NCBI GenBank assembly: GCA_965213625.1 | Contig: CBDBZU010000004.1 | Coordinates: forward strand, 3,904,001 to 3,968,000 | Source: a bacterium | GTDB taxonomy: Bacteria; UBA8248 | Reading direction: 5' to 3' | Length of the DNA stretch: 64,000 bases | Part shown: positions 1-9,083 of the stretch, piece by piece | Position numbering within the stretch: position 1 is the first letter of the stretch | Layout of the letters: each line of letters starts with the position of its first letter | The notes under the pieces: generated by a model | What the model was told of the DNA's origin: nothing | Databases searched by the model: none | The model's input: only the letters and a program-made list of their open reading frames with translations | Program-made: the position numbers and the translations under genes

Positions 1-266
1 CGCCTGAAACGGACTATCGAGCGGACCTCCTTGAGTTCGGGGTCGTTGTTACGCTCGCCCCACACCTCTTTGGAGTTCTGGATCCAGAGCTGGTGGAAGG
101 CCTGGTAATTCGGCACGAGGAATCCCCCGTCGTAAAGCGCGTCATAAGCCGCCTTCGAGGTGGTCTTCTCCTCCTTGCCGTCTATTTCCACCACCGGAAA
201 AAGGGAGATGTCGAAATCAACGAGCGTGTCGAACAGATCGAACGCAACCGCGCGATACGAAGCCAA
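1..266 (-). CDS. HAD-superfamily hydrolase, N-terminal part (runs off window start)
   Basis: Hand translation from TTG at 266 (AAGGAG upstream): MASYRAVAFDLFDTLVDF..., HAD motif I (FDxxxTL). Not in the ORF track because it is truncated. Confidence 0.75.
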   Translation of the reverse strand, partial: MASYRAVAFDLFDTLVDFDISLFPVVEIDGKEEKTTSKAAYDALYDGGFLVPNYQAFHQLWIQNSKEVWGERNNDPELKEVRSIVRFR

Positions 267-302
267 GGGAACTCCTTGCGAAATGAGGGCCGGGTTCGGG
301 GA

Positions 303-806
303 TCAGTCGTAGGAACCGTCCATGTCCATTTTCCGGTACCCGCTGCCGTAGAAAAGAAGCGGGGCGCGCACCTCGTCTTCGAGCAGGACGCGCGTCACGC
401 GCCCGATGACGATGGTGTGGTCTCCCCCCGGAAGCTCCTCGTGCAGGTCGCACTCCAGCACGCCCACGTTCCCCGTGAGCACGGGCGATCCGTTTTCCCC
501 GGTTTCATACGGGATGTCCGCGAACTGATCCTCCGCGTCCCTGCCCTTGCCCGCAAACCAGTCCGAAGTTTCCTTCTGCTCCTCGGACAGGAAATTGATG
601 GCGAACTTCTTCGCATCCTGCACCATCTTCAGGCTCGAGGCCTTGTTGTCGTAACACACCAGGACGAGCGGCGGGTCGAGCGAGAGGGAGGAAAACGCGT
701 TCGCCGTCATGCCGCGCGCTTCGGTTTCGGTTTTCGCGGTGACGACCGTGACGCCCGTCGCGAACCTGCCGAGGGCCGTTCTGAATTCTTTTCCGTCAAT
801 GCTCAT
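303..806 (-). CDS. Flavin reductase family protein (HpaC/RutF-like)
   Basis: FRTALGRFATGVTVVT, SLSLDPPLV and GGDHTIVIG motifs. Confidence 0.9.
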   Translation of the reverse strand: MSIDGKEFRTALGRFATGVTVVTAKTETEARGMTANAFSSLSLDPPLVLVCYDNKASSLKMVQDAKKFAINFLSEEQKETSDWFAGKGRDAEDQFADIPYETGENGSPVLTGNVGVLECDLHEELPGGDHTIVIGRVTRVLLEDEVRAPLLFYGSGYRKMDMDGSYD

Positions 807-933
807 GTGAAAAATCCCCTAAAGTGAACGCTTCGGTTTAGTCCGAATATCTCTCATTTTTGAACAGGTCCGCGTCGTTGAGGTACCCACGCGTCTCCCG
901 GAAAAGCGCCGTCATTCCCAGACCCTCGTCTAT

Positions 934-1125
934 GGGTTTGTTGGAAAAGCCTTTGTTAAGGGAATAACCCCCCAACCCCCCTTGTCAGGGGGGCTTTTCT
1001 TCCACCTCCTCGTCGAGGTTTTTTTTTTCTTACCCCCCTGTCAAGGGGGGGTAGGGGGGGTTGCTTTTCCAGTCGAGAGGGGCGTCCCCTATACCCCCAT
1101 AAAAGAGGCCTTTCCCAGCAACCCC
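934..1125. repeat. MITE-like palindromic intergenic element
   Basis: Imperfect terminal IR (GGGTTTGTTGGAAAAGCC / GGCCTTTCCCAGCAACCCC). Internal IR CCCCCCAACCCCCCTTGTCAGGGGGG ... CCCCCCTGTCAAGGGGGGGTAGGGGGGG. Confidence 0.6.
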
Positions 1126-2159
1126 TACCCTATGGGCGCGAGGAGCACTTTCAGCCCGGCCCCGCGCGCCATGATGTCGAATCCTCTCTCCCACTCATCG
1201 AGCGGTAGCATATCGGATACCATCGCCTCGGCGTCGACCCTGCCCTCTTCCAGCAACTTGAGCGCCAGCAGCCACGCGGAGCGCTTCTGCCCAAAGGTGC
1301 CGACCAGGCGAATCTCCTTGAACGCCAGCCGGTCCATATCAACGGGAACGGGTGCTCCGGGCAGGCCCACCTGGAGGATTTCGCCTCCCTTCTTCACCGC
1401 CTCGACGCAGACCCCGAGAGCGCCGGGAGCCCCCGCCGCCTCTACGCCCAAGTCGACCCCCCAGCCGTTCGTGACCGCGAGAGCACGCTCCAGGACGTTT
1501 TCGGTCTCCACGTTCACCGTCCATTCCGCGCCGAGCGAGCGGGCGAGGGCGAGCCTGTGCGCGTCCTTCCCGGTCCCGGCCACCATCACCCGCGCGCCGT
1601 GGGCGATTGCCGCCTGCGCGCAGCCCAGGCCGATTGCGCCCGGCCCCATGATGAGCACGAAATCTCCCTCGCGCACGCTGCACTGCTCACACACGCCGTG
1701 CACGCAGACCGCGAGGGGTTCGGAGAGTGCTGCCGCCTTGAGGCTCACGCTATCGGGCAGGCGGTGAATCGACTCCGCCCGCGTGACCACGTAATCGGTG
1801 AACGCGCCGTTGCTCACCACGCCCGCGATGTCGCGCTCCTCGCACCGGTTGTAGCGGCCCGAGATGCAGTGCGGGCATGCGCGGCACGTGGACTTCGTGG
1901 GCTCGGCCGTCACCCTTGCGCCGAGCGGAATTCCCTCGACGCCCGCGCCCGTTTCCACCACCTCGCCCGAGAACTCATGCCCCAGCACCAGGGGCGGGAA
2001 ATAGTGAAAAAACTCGCCCGAGGCGATGTGCACGTCCGTGCCGCAGATGCCGGCGTGGGCGATTTTGACCTTCACCTGCCCGGGTCCGGCGTGAGGCTCC
2101 GCAACGTCCAGGAGCGCCATATTGCCGGTCCCTTTCGCCTGTTTCACCAGGGCTTTCAT
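1125..2159 (-). CDS. Zn-dependent (MDR) alcohol/sugar dehydrogenase
   Basis: GICGTD, LGHEFSG, structural Zn site CRACPHC...C, Rossmann GPGAIG. Confidence 0.9.
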   Translation of the reverse strand: MKALVKQAKGTGNMALLDVAEPHAGPGQVKVKIAHAGICGTDVHIASGEFFHYFPPLVLGHEFSGEVVETGAGVEGIPLGARVTAEPTKSTCRACPHCISGRYNRCEERDIAGVVSNGAFTDYVVTRAESIHRLPDSVSLKAAALSEPLAVCVHGVCEQCSVREGDFVLIMGPGAIGLGCAQAAIAHGARVMVAGTGKDAHRLALARSLGAEWTVNVETENVLERALAVTNGWGVDLGVEAAGAPGALGVCVEAVKKGGEILQVGLPGAPVPVDMDRLAFKEIRLVGTFGQKRSAWLLALKLLEEGRVDAEAMVSDMLPLDEWERGFDIMARGAGLKVLLAPIG

Positions 2160-2180
2160 GTCTGCCTCGCGTGAACCGAA

Positions 2181-2894
2181 TCAGGCGTTCAGCACGGCGA
2201 TCGCCCGGATCGGCGAGCCCGACCCGCCCGTAATCTTGAGCGGAAGCCCAATGTAGAGAAACTCCTTGCCCACCACCAGCTCGATGTTGCACAGGTTCTC
2301 CGTGTTCGTGCGGCCCAGTTCGCGGCAAACGAGGTGGCAGGGATAGTCCGGGCTGGTCGCCATGTCCATACTCGGGGCGTCGGTGCCCACGTTGATGGCC
2401 CCGCACTCGCCGTAGACGTACTCGGCCGCTTCGCGCGTCCAGCCTGCGTAGGCCGTCGTGTACTTCGGCGTCGGGTGGTGGCGCTTGAAGTGTCCATACG
2501 TGTAGAGGAGCGTATCGCCAGGCTTCAGCTCGTAATTGTAATGGTCGAGCCTGCGCTTCACGTCGTCCGCGTCGATGTAGCTGTTGTCTTCGACGTTTTC
2601 GAAATCAATCGCGATGCCCCGGCTGTAGAAGGAATCGAAATTCATCTCGTCGATGTGCGGCGCATCGGGCGAGGGGTCGAGATGGCTGATGGAATCCACG
2701 TGCGTAGGGCCATGCTCGCAGAACTGGATGATGCCCGAGTAATAGCTCATCTCGCTCTTGAAGCGGCCGCTGGCGGCGCTTTCCTCGTGCGTCATGTTCG
2801 TCCAGCGCCAGGTCTCGGGGTGCCCCACGAACACGGGCTGTCCCTGGTAGATGTCTTGCGAGAGATCAACGATTTCGTGATTCTTGTACGCCAT
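2181..2894 (-). CDS. Cyclase family metal hydrolase (KynB-like)
   Basis: HGPTHVDSISH metal motif, ENLCN, PLKITGGSGSPIRAIA. Confidence 0.85.
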   Translation of the reverse strand: MAYKNHEIVDLSQDIYQGQPVFVGHPETWRWTNMTHEESAASGRFKSEMSYYSGIIQFCEHGPTHVDSISHLDPSPDAPHIDEMNFDSFYSRGIAIDFENVEDNSYIDADDVKRRLDHYNYELKPGDTLLYTYGHFKRHHPTPKYTTAYAGWTREAAEYVYGECGAINVGTDAPSMDMATSPDYPCHLVCRELGRTNTENLCNIELVVGKEFLYIGLPLKITGGSGSPIRAIAVLNA

Positions 2895-3052
2895 GGTGAT
2901 TCTCCTCCGGCATGTACCGCTATAGGTGAACTGTTCGAATCCTTGCGATTCGCTGCTTGAAGCACGTCTTTTGATTCAGGCCAAAACCGGCGAAACGACT
3001 TGCCCGTTTCCGGGTTTCATCTGGGAAAATTCGTGGGTTTTGAGCGCTTTTG

Positions 3053-3081
3053 ATATTAGAGTCGGGGTGAATCCTTGTCAA
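3053..3081 (-). promoter_or_regulatory. sigma70-type promoter for the cyclase operon
   Basis: TTGACA-17 nt-TAATAT on the minus strand. Confidence 0.6.
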
Positions 3082-3228
3082 CGGAATGGCTTGGGGGCGC
3101 GCCCGCCCGCCTTTCGCCGGAATGGCAAGGGCGAACCCGCGCGTCCGCCCCGATAGGGGCTTGTCGAAAAACACCTTAAAGGTTGGGTTTAATCTCTCGA
3201 GGGCCTTGAAGTTCACTCCCCCCTTGAG

Positions 3229-4748
3229 GGGGCTGTTGAAAAACCCCCGGCATTGTGATTGGGTGTAATGACACTATCTCGCCCGAGATGGGAGTTCCCT
3301 CGATGATAGGCAGCAAGAGGCGCGAGCAGATGGATTTGTTCGTGGCCGGTTCGCTGGATCGGCTGATCCCCGAGGATCACGTCCTGATGCGCGTGGACCG
3401 CGTACTGGATTTGAGTTGGCTTCGTGAGGAGGTGGCGGATTGCTATTGCGCGGACAATGGTCGACCGGGGATCGACCCGGAGGTGGCGCTCCGCTTGATG
3501 CTTGCGGGTATGTTGCTGGGCTACGTACACGACCGGCGTCTGCTTCGCGAGGCGCGTGCGCACCTGGCGATCCGGTGGTTCATCGGGTACGGGCTGCACG
3601 AGGATTTGCCGCATCATTCGAGCCTGACGCGGATTCGTCAGCGGTGGGGGGAGGCTCGGTTCAAGGAGATATTCCGTCGCACGGTGCAGGCTTGCCTGGA
3701 GGCGAATGTGGCGAAGGGGGAAGTGGTACACGTGGACGCCTCGTTGATACGCGCGGACGTGAGCTGGGAGAGTCTGGCGGCGCACCACGCGGAGAAGGTG
3801 ATTCGGGAGAATCCCGTCGATGATGAGGGGGAGAAGAAGGGAGGAGGCCGCGGTGGCGGGGGTCGGGTGAGCCGGACGGACCCGGACGCGCGGCTTGCGC
3901 GCAAGAGCGCGCGGGCGGGGTTCGAGCCGAGCTACAAGCAGCACGCGGCGGTGGACGATGAGCGGGGTGTTGTTCTCGACGTGTCGGTGACGGAGGGGAC
4001 GCGGAACGAGCGTGAGATGATGGCGTCCCATATAGAGGCGGTAAGCGAGTTGTCGGGCCGCGCGCCGGAGATGGTGACGGCGGATTCGGGCTACGCGTAC
4101 TCGAAGGTTTATGGCGAATTGGAGCGGCGGGGCGTGGAAGCGCTGATACCAGCGAAGAAGGAACCCAGCCAGAGCCGTGTTCCGCTGCAGTTGTTCCACT
4201 ACGACGCGCGCAACGAGGTGGTGAAGTGTCCGGGAGGCAAGACGCTGCGCCCCCGGCAGGCGACGGAGCGGGGGCGCTCCTATGTATCGAAGACGCGGGA
4301 TTGCGCGGGCTGCGCGCTCCGTGCGGATTGTCTGTCGAAGTCGCGCACGAGCAGGACGGTGTTGATTCCGCACGCGTATCCGGCGCTGTTGCGCGCGCGT
4401 CGGCGGCATGCGCGCTGGGGGGAGGAGGAGAAGCGTCTCTATGGCCGCCACCGTTGGCGCTCGGAGGGCTACCACGGCGAGGCGAAGAGCCGGCACGGAC
4501 TGGGGCGGGCGGTGCGCCGGGGCCTTGCGAACATGCGGATCCAGTCCTACCTGACGGCGATAGCGGTGAACCTCAAGCGGCTGGCCGCCGCTTTTGCGGC
4601 GCGTATATTCGCCCTCTGGACGGCCTGTGCCGCCCGGAGACGCCGGCTGCGCGCACATGGCGCCCTCACGCGCCAATTGGGCTGCCTCCCCGCCGCCGCG
4701 TGAGCCGCCAAAACGCCCGCTTCCAACACCGGGTTTTTCAACAGACCC
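3229..4748 (+). mobile_element. IS1182-family insertion sequence
   Basis: 18-bp IRs: GGGGCTGTTGAAAAACCC (3229-3246) and reverse complement GGGTCTGTTGAAAAACCC (4731-4748). Flanking direct repeat TTGAG (3224-3228, 4749-4753). Single transposase ORF. Confidence 0.85.
3303..4703 (+). CDS. IS1182-family DDE transposase
   Basis: SLDRLIPEDH, GRPGIDP, LPHHSSL, VDAS, ADSGY, Cys cluster CAGCALRADC, RWRSEGYHGEAK; ATG at 3303. Confidence 0.9.
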   Translation: MIGSKRREQMDLFVAGSLDRLIPEDHVLMRVDRVLDLSWLREEVADCYCADNGRPGIDPEVALRLMLAGMLLGYVHDRRLLREARAHLAIRWFIGYGLHEDLPHHSSLTRIRQRWGEARFKEIFRRTVQACLEANVAKGEVVHVDASLIRADVSWESLAAHHAEKVIRENPVDDEGEKKGGGRGGGGRVSRTDPDARLARKSARAGFEPSYKQHAAVDDERGVVLDVSVTEGTRNEREMMASHIEAVSELSGRAPEMVTADSGYAYSKVYGELERRGVEALIPAKKEPSQSRVPLQLFHYDARNEVVKCPGGKTLRPRQATERGRSYVSKTRDCAGCALRADCLSKSRTSRTVLIPHAYPALLRARRRHARWGEEEKRLYGRHRWRSEGYHGEAKSRHGLGRAVRRGLANMRIQSYLTAIAVNLKRLAAAFAARIFALWTACAARRRRLRAHGALTRQLGCLPAAA

Positions 4749-5083
4749 TTGAGGGGGAGTCGCAGAAGCCGAGCTTTTTTTGCGAAGGCTGATGCGGTGG
4801 GGGGTGAATCGCGTTTTATCGCCACTCCGAATCATACCCCCCACCAGTTCACTTTCGGGCTTACACCCTCAGTTCACTGTCTGGCTTTCCCCTCGGGAAG
4901 CCAGACCCTCAAGGGGGAATGAACTTCAAAGGCGTTCGCGCAACCCAAATTCGCTTGCCGAGGGTTTTTCAACAGCCTTGGACAAGGGGGGGGTAGGGGG
5001 GGTGACTCTATGGAGTTTCCCTTTCAAGGGGGTTGCCTTTACCCACTCACAGGACTTTTCTCAACAACCCCGCCCGCCTGGAA

Positions 5084-5113
5084 TTGACATCTAAAAGCCC
5101 GCCTACTTACCAT
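5084..5113 (+). promoter_or_regulatory. Possible sigma70 promoter for mocA-ADH-hpt
   Basis: TTGACA-18 nt-TACCAT. Confidence 0.4.
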
Positions 5114-5156
5114 GCCGACCAGGCTTCAGTCCTTTCTCTCGTTACGGAGAATTTCA

Positions 5157-5777
5157 ATGGCGGACGCGCGCCGCGTCACGGCGATCCTGCTCGCCGCAGG
5201 TCTCTCGAAGCGCCTGGGGCGGAACAAACTCCTCCTGCCCCTCGGGGATGAGACCGTCGTCCGCAAAACGGCGAAAGCGGTGCTCGCGAGCGCTGTTACA
5301 GAAGTCATCCTCGTGACGGGCCATGAGGAGGCGATGGTGAAACAGGCCGTGGCTGGTCTGAACGTGCGCCTCGCGCACAACCCACGCTACGCCGAGGGCC
5401 AGAGCACGAGCATGATCGCAGGAATCGAGGCGGCGAAAGAGGATACCGAAGCCTATCTATTCGTTCTGGGCGATCAGCCCCTGCTGACGCCGGGAATCGT
5501 GAACGAGGTGATTTCCCTTTATAAGAGGTCCCGGCCCGACGCCCTTGTCGCGGCGCCGGCCTACGGGGGCAGGCGCGGGAACCCCACGCTGTTCTCAGCT
5601 GAACTCAAAGACGAATTGCTCCGGACGAGCGGCGATGCGGGCGGCAGGGGAATCATCCGGAGACTGGAAAACGAATCTCCGGGGGCGATCGTATTTCACC
5701 ACCTGCCCAATGATGATATCTTTCTCGACATCGACACGGAAAAAGATTACGAATCCATGCTTCGTAAATTCCAATAA
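5157..5777 (+). CDS. Molybdenum cofactor cytidylyltransferase-like nucleotidyltransferase (MocA/YgfJ)
   Basis: LLAAGLSKRLG, NKLLL, LGDQP, GNP, GDAGGR, DIDT motifs; GGAG SD before ATG 5157. Confidence 0.85.
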   Translation: MADARRVTAILLAAGLSKRLGRNKLLLPLGDETVVRKTAKAVLASAVTEVILVTGHEEAMVKQAVAGLNVRLAHNPRYAEGQSTSMIAGIEAAKEDTEAYLFVLGDQPLLTPGIVNEVISLYKRSRPDALVAAPAYGGRRGNPTLFSAELKDELLRTSGDAGGRGIIRRLENESPGAIVFHHLPNDDIFLDIDTEKDYESMLRKFQ

Positions 5778-5807
5778 TCCTCAGACGAGCAGCGAAGGAG
5801 TGTATTC

Positions 5808-6950
5808 ATGGTGAAAGCGTTTCAGATTGCATCCGGCCCGCGCGTCCGCTTCGGCCGCGGAGAAGCCACCCAAATCGGAGGGGAAGCGAAGGGCCTGGGG
5901 ATGGCGAAACCGATGCTCGTCACCGACCCGGGACTCGCGTCGAGCGGGGCGCTCGATTCGGTCATCAAGGGCCTCGAAGACGGCTCTATCGACTACCAGT
6001 TCTACGATCAGGCCGAGGCGAATCCCTCGGACGCCAGCATCCTCGCGGCGCGTGATTTCTTCAACAGCCAAGGATGCGACGGCTTCATCGCCGCGGGCGG
6101 CGGCAGCACGATGGACACCGCCAAGGCGACTCTCGCCATTGTCGCGAACGGCGGCGTGCCGAGCGACTACTATGGACGCGGCAAGGCCACGAAGCCCGGC
6201 CCGCCGCTCATCACCGTTCCCACCACGGCGGGCACGGGCAGCGAAGTCACCATGAGTTCCATCGTCACGGACATGAAGCTCATGATCAAAACCGTCCTGG
6301 CGGACGACACGCTCTTCGCGAAACTCGCGGTCGTCGACTCCGCGCTCCTGGCCAAGCTTCCCTCCCACATCGCCGCAGGCGCGATGATGGACGCCCTGAC
6401 CCACGCCATCGAATCGGTCGGCTCGCCCGCCTCCAACCCCTGGACGGAGGCGATTGCGTTTCAGTCGATCACCTATATCGGAAAGCACGGGAGAACCTAC
6501 GTGGACGACCCGTCCGACCCGGAAGCCGCCGACGGCATATCGCTTGCGGCCATGTTGGCGGGACGCGCGTTCACCAACACGGGACTCGGCATCGTGCACT
6601 CGCTCGCGCATCCGCTCGGCGCCTACCACGGGCTGCATCACGGCACGGCGAACGGCATCTTCCTGCCGCCCGTCATGGAGTTCAACCTCCCCGTTATGCG
6701 GGAGGCCTACGCGCGCATGGCGCCGCTCTTGAAAGAAGGCGCCCCGAACACGGCCGAGGCGGCGATAGACGCCATCCGCGAACTCAACACGGACATCGGC
6801 ATACCGGGCAGCTTGAGGGAGGCGGACGTCGTGAACGAGAATTTGGACGTCCTGGCGAAGGACGCGGCGGAAAGCCACCAGGTCAACACGAACCCGGTCC
6901 CCTCGACCCAGGAGGACCTGAAGGGCCTTCTACTGGCCGTGCTCGAGTAG
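5808..6950 (+). CDS. Iron-containing alcohol dehydrogenase
   Basis: GGGSTMDTAK, PTTAGTGSE, DALTHAIE, HSLAH, HG motifs. Confidence 0.9.
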   Translation: MVKAFQIASGPRVRFGRGEATQIGGEAKGLGMAKPMLVTDPGLASSGALDSVIKGLEDGSIDYQFYDQAEANPSDASILAARDFFNSQGCDGFIAAGGGSTMDTAKATLAIVANGGVPSDYYGRGKATKPGPPLITVPTTAGTGSEVTMSSIVTDMKLMIKTVLADDTLFAKLAVVDSALLAKLPSHIAAGAMMDALTHAIESVGSPASNPWTEAIAFQSITYIGKHGRTYVDDPSDPEAADGISLAAMLAGRAFTNTGLGIVHSLAHPLGAYHGLHHGTANGIFLPPVMEFNLPVMREAYARMAPLLKEGAPNTAEAAIDAIRELNTDIGIPGSLREADVVNENLDVLAKDAAESHQVNTNPVPSTQEDLKGLLLAVLE

Positions 6951-7475
6951 ATGATGCCTGCAACCGAGATACTGATACCGGAAGCGGACATCCAGAGCCG
7001 CCTTACGGAGCTCGCCGCCGAGATCAACGCGGTGCAGCCCGCCGGGCCGATCCACGTCGTCATGATACTGAAAGGCGCGATTATCTTCGGCGTCGACTTG
7101 GCCCGCGCCCTTGAGCGCAACACCACGCTCGGCTTCCTCACGGCCTCGAGCTACGGGGACGGAACGCAAAGCACGGGCCGGGTGGAGATCGACGCCAGAC
7201 ACCTGGGCGACATCGAGGGGCGGAACGTGCTGCTCATCGACGACATTCTCGATACGGGGCACACGTTCTCGAAAACCCTGGATATTCTTGGAGATAAGCG
7301 CCCCGCAACGCTTAGGACGTGCGTGTTGATGGACAAGCCTGAGAGGCGGGAAGTCGATATCCAGGCGGACCACGTGGGCTTCACCATCGAGAACCATTTT
7401 GTGGTCGGCTACGGGCTGGACTGCGATGAGGCGTACCGCACCCTGCCGGACATCCGCATCTATGCGCCCGAATGA
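6951..7475 (+). CDS. hpt: Hypoxanthine phosphoribosyltransferase
   Basis: ILKGA, SSYG, LLIDDILDTG PRPP loop, FVVGYGLD. Confidence 0.9.
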   Translation: MMPATEILIPEADIQSRLTELAAEINAVQPAGPIHVVMILKGAIIFGVDLARALERNTTLGFLTASSYGDGTQSTGRVEIDARHLGDIEGRNVLLIDDILDTGHTFSKTLDILGDKRPATLRTCVLMDKPERREVDIQADHVGFTIENHFVVGYGLDCDEAYRTLPDIRIYAPE

Positions 7476-7686
7476 GCGTTGCCCGAAGGAGACGAAGGGG
7501 CGGAGTGCGGATGAGGGGGGAGACAATACAATCCCTCCCCCCTTGAGGTGTCGGGCATCCCGAGGGGAATGCCCGATGAAAAAGTCCTCGTTGGGAGTGC
7601 GATGGTTTTGTAGGGACAGGTCGGAATTCATCACCGTCGTCATTTCGGTGTCAGACCCGATTGGGCGGAAATAACGAGAGAGGGAT

Positions 7687-7821
7687 GTAGGGGTCGCATA
7701 TATGCGACCCGTGATTTGATATCCGCCCTTTGGGGGTCATGGACGCGATTCGGGCGGGGGGATATTGCCATGAGCGTGGTTTTTGGTCCGTCCGCATGGG
7801 TCGCATATATGCGACCCCTAC
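7687..7821. repeat. REPIN-like inverted pair of GTAG-type REP palindromes
   Basis: GTAGGGGTCGCATATATGCGACCC (7687-7710) and its exact reverse complement (7798-7821). Confidence 0.8.
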
Positions 7822-7942
7822 AAATCAGAGTCGAACGCCCTACCCGGTCGGCTGCATACCTCGAATCATTAGAGTAAGGGCTTTTTCAAAAACCCCTCAA
7901 TCAACAAGGCCCCGGCCTTCCGTTCACACAGGAGATAGGTTT

Positions 7943-9046
7943 ATGCCAATTCAGGAGATAACGGTCTGGGATACCGCCGTGGAAGTCGATCAGGGATCCA
8001 GGAACCGCTACGGTGGCGCGTCTTTGCTTGAGCGCGTCGTGGTCCGCCTCACGAACGACGCAGGCGAAGAGGGCTGGGGCGAGGCGGCGCCTCTGATGTA
8101 CATCACCAAAGATACCGGTTCGGAGATGGCGGCCGCACTCCGCGAATCCGCCCCACGCGTAAGGGGAATGGAGGCGGATGAGCTGCTCGCCGCGTTCGAT
8201 GAGACGGTGGATTTCAAGGGAATGGGCGCCGCGCGCACCGCTCTCGAAATCGCCGCGGTCGACCTGTCCACCAAAACCAGCCAGGCGCCCTTCTCGCAAG
8301 TCTTCGGCGGGCACAAGAGAAACACCGTCACGCTTGATGCCCCCATCGGCCTCCTCCCTCCCGATGAAGCCGTCAAGAAGGCCGAACCGCTCGTGGCGCA
8401 AGGAGTCAAGACCCTCAAGGTGAAATCGGGCGTCGACATGGAGGCGGACGCCGAGCGCATCGAAAGGCTGCGCCAGCGATTCGGCCCCGACATCAAGCTG
8501 AGGACAGATGCCAACGGCGGTTTCACGCCCGAGGAGGCCCTGCGCTTCACGGACAGGATGATCGCGATCGACCTCGAGCACTTCGAGCAGCCCGTGCTTC
8601 CTTCAGAAGAAAAATGCCTCGACGTTTTCAGGGAAATTCGCGCCCGTGGGATGCAGGTCGCCCTGGATGAGTCGCTGTTCTCCATCGACGACGCGCGCCG
8701 CCTCGTCGACGCGGATGTCGTCGATATCGGCCTCATCAAGATCGCGAAATTCGGCGGCCCCCGGAACGCCTGGGAAGTGGCGCGGGTGTTCGACGCCGCA
8801 GGCAAGCCTGCCCTGCTCAGTTCGCCCTATGAATCCTACATCGCCAAATCGGCGGGCTTCGCCCTCGCGCTGTCTCTCGATGTTGCGGACAGGGCGCACG
8901 AACTCGCCCATCTGCTCGATGAGGAGCCATACGCCGAGTGGAGCCACTCCATTTCGGGCGGTGAGTTCACGCTGGCGGATACGCCCGGGCACGGGGCCAA
9001 AGGCATTCCCGCGCGCGTCGAGAAGATAGCCAGGGCCGCCGTATAA
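7943..9046 (+). CDS. Enolase superfamily enzyme (muconate-lactonizing/dipeptide epimerase subgroup)
   Basis: GWGEA, KVK, DANG, EQP, DES and downstream Lys; AGGAG SD before ATG 7943. Confidence 0.85.
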   Translation: MPIQEITVWDTAVEVDQGSRNRYGGASLLERVVVRLTNDAGEEGWGEAAPLMYITKDTGSEMAAALRESAPRVRGMEADELLAAFDETVDFKGMGAARTALEIAAVDLSTKTSQAPFSQVFGGHKRNTVTLDAPIGLLPPDEAVKKAEPLVAQGVKTLKVKSGVDMEADAERIERLRQRFGPDIKLRTDANGGFTPEEALRFTDRMIAIDLEHFEQPVLPSEEKCLDVFREIRARGMQVALDESLFSIDDARRLVDADVVDIGLIKIAKFGGPRNAWEVARVFDAAGKPALLSSPYESYIAKSAGFALALSLDVADRAHELAHLLDEEPYAEWSHSISGGEFTLADTPGHGAKGIPARVEKIARAAV

Positions 9047-9083
9047 CGAGAACAATCCCTACTTGCGCAGGAGAATGAACCCG

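Noticed and set aside
2990-3025. Hammerhead-like GATGA-stem on the minus strand
   Set aside because: Core reads CAGATGA rather than CTGANGA, and no GAAA follows stem II.
3213-4844. 543-aa antisense ORF over the transposase
   Set aside because: Shadow ORF in GC-rich DNA with no motifs; the plus-strand transposase explains the region.
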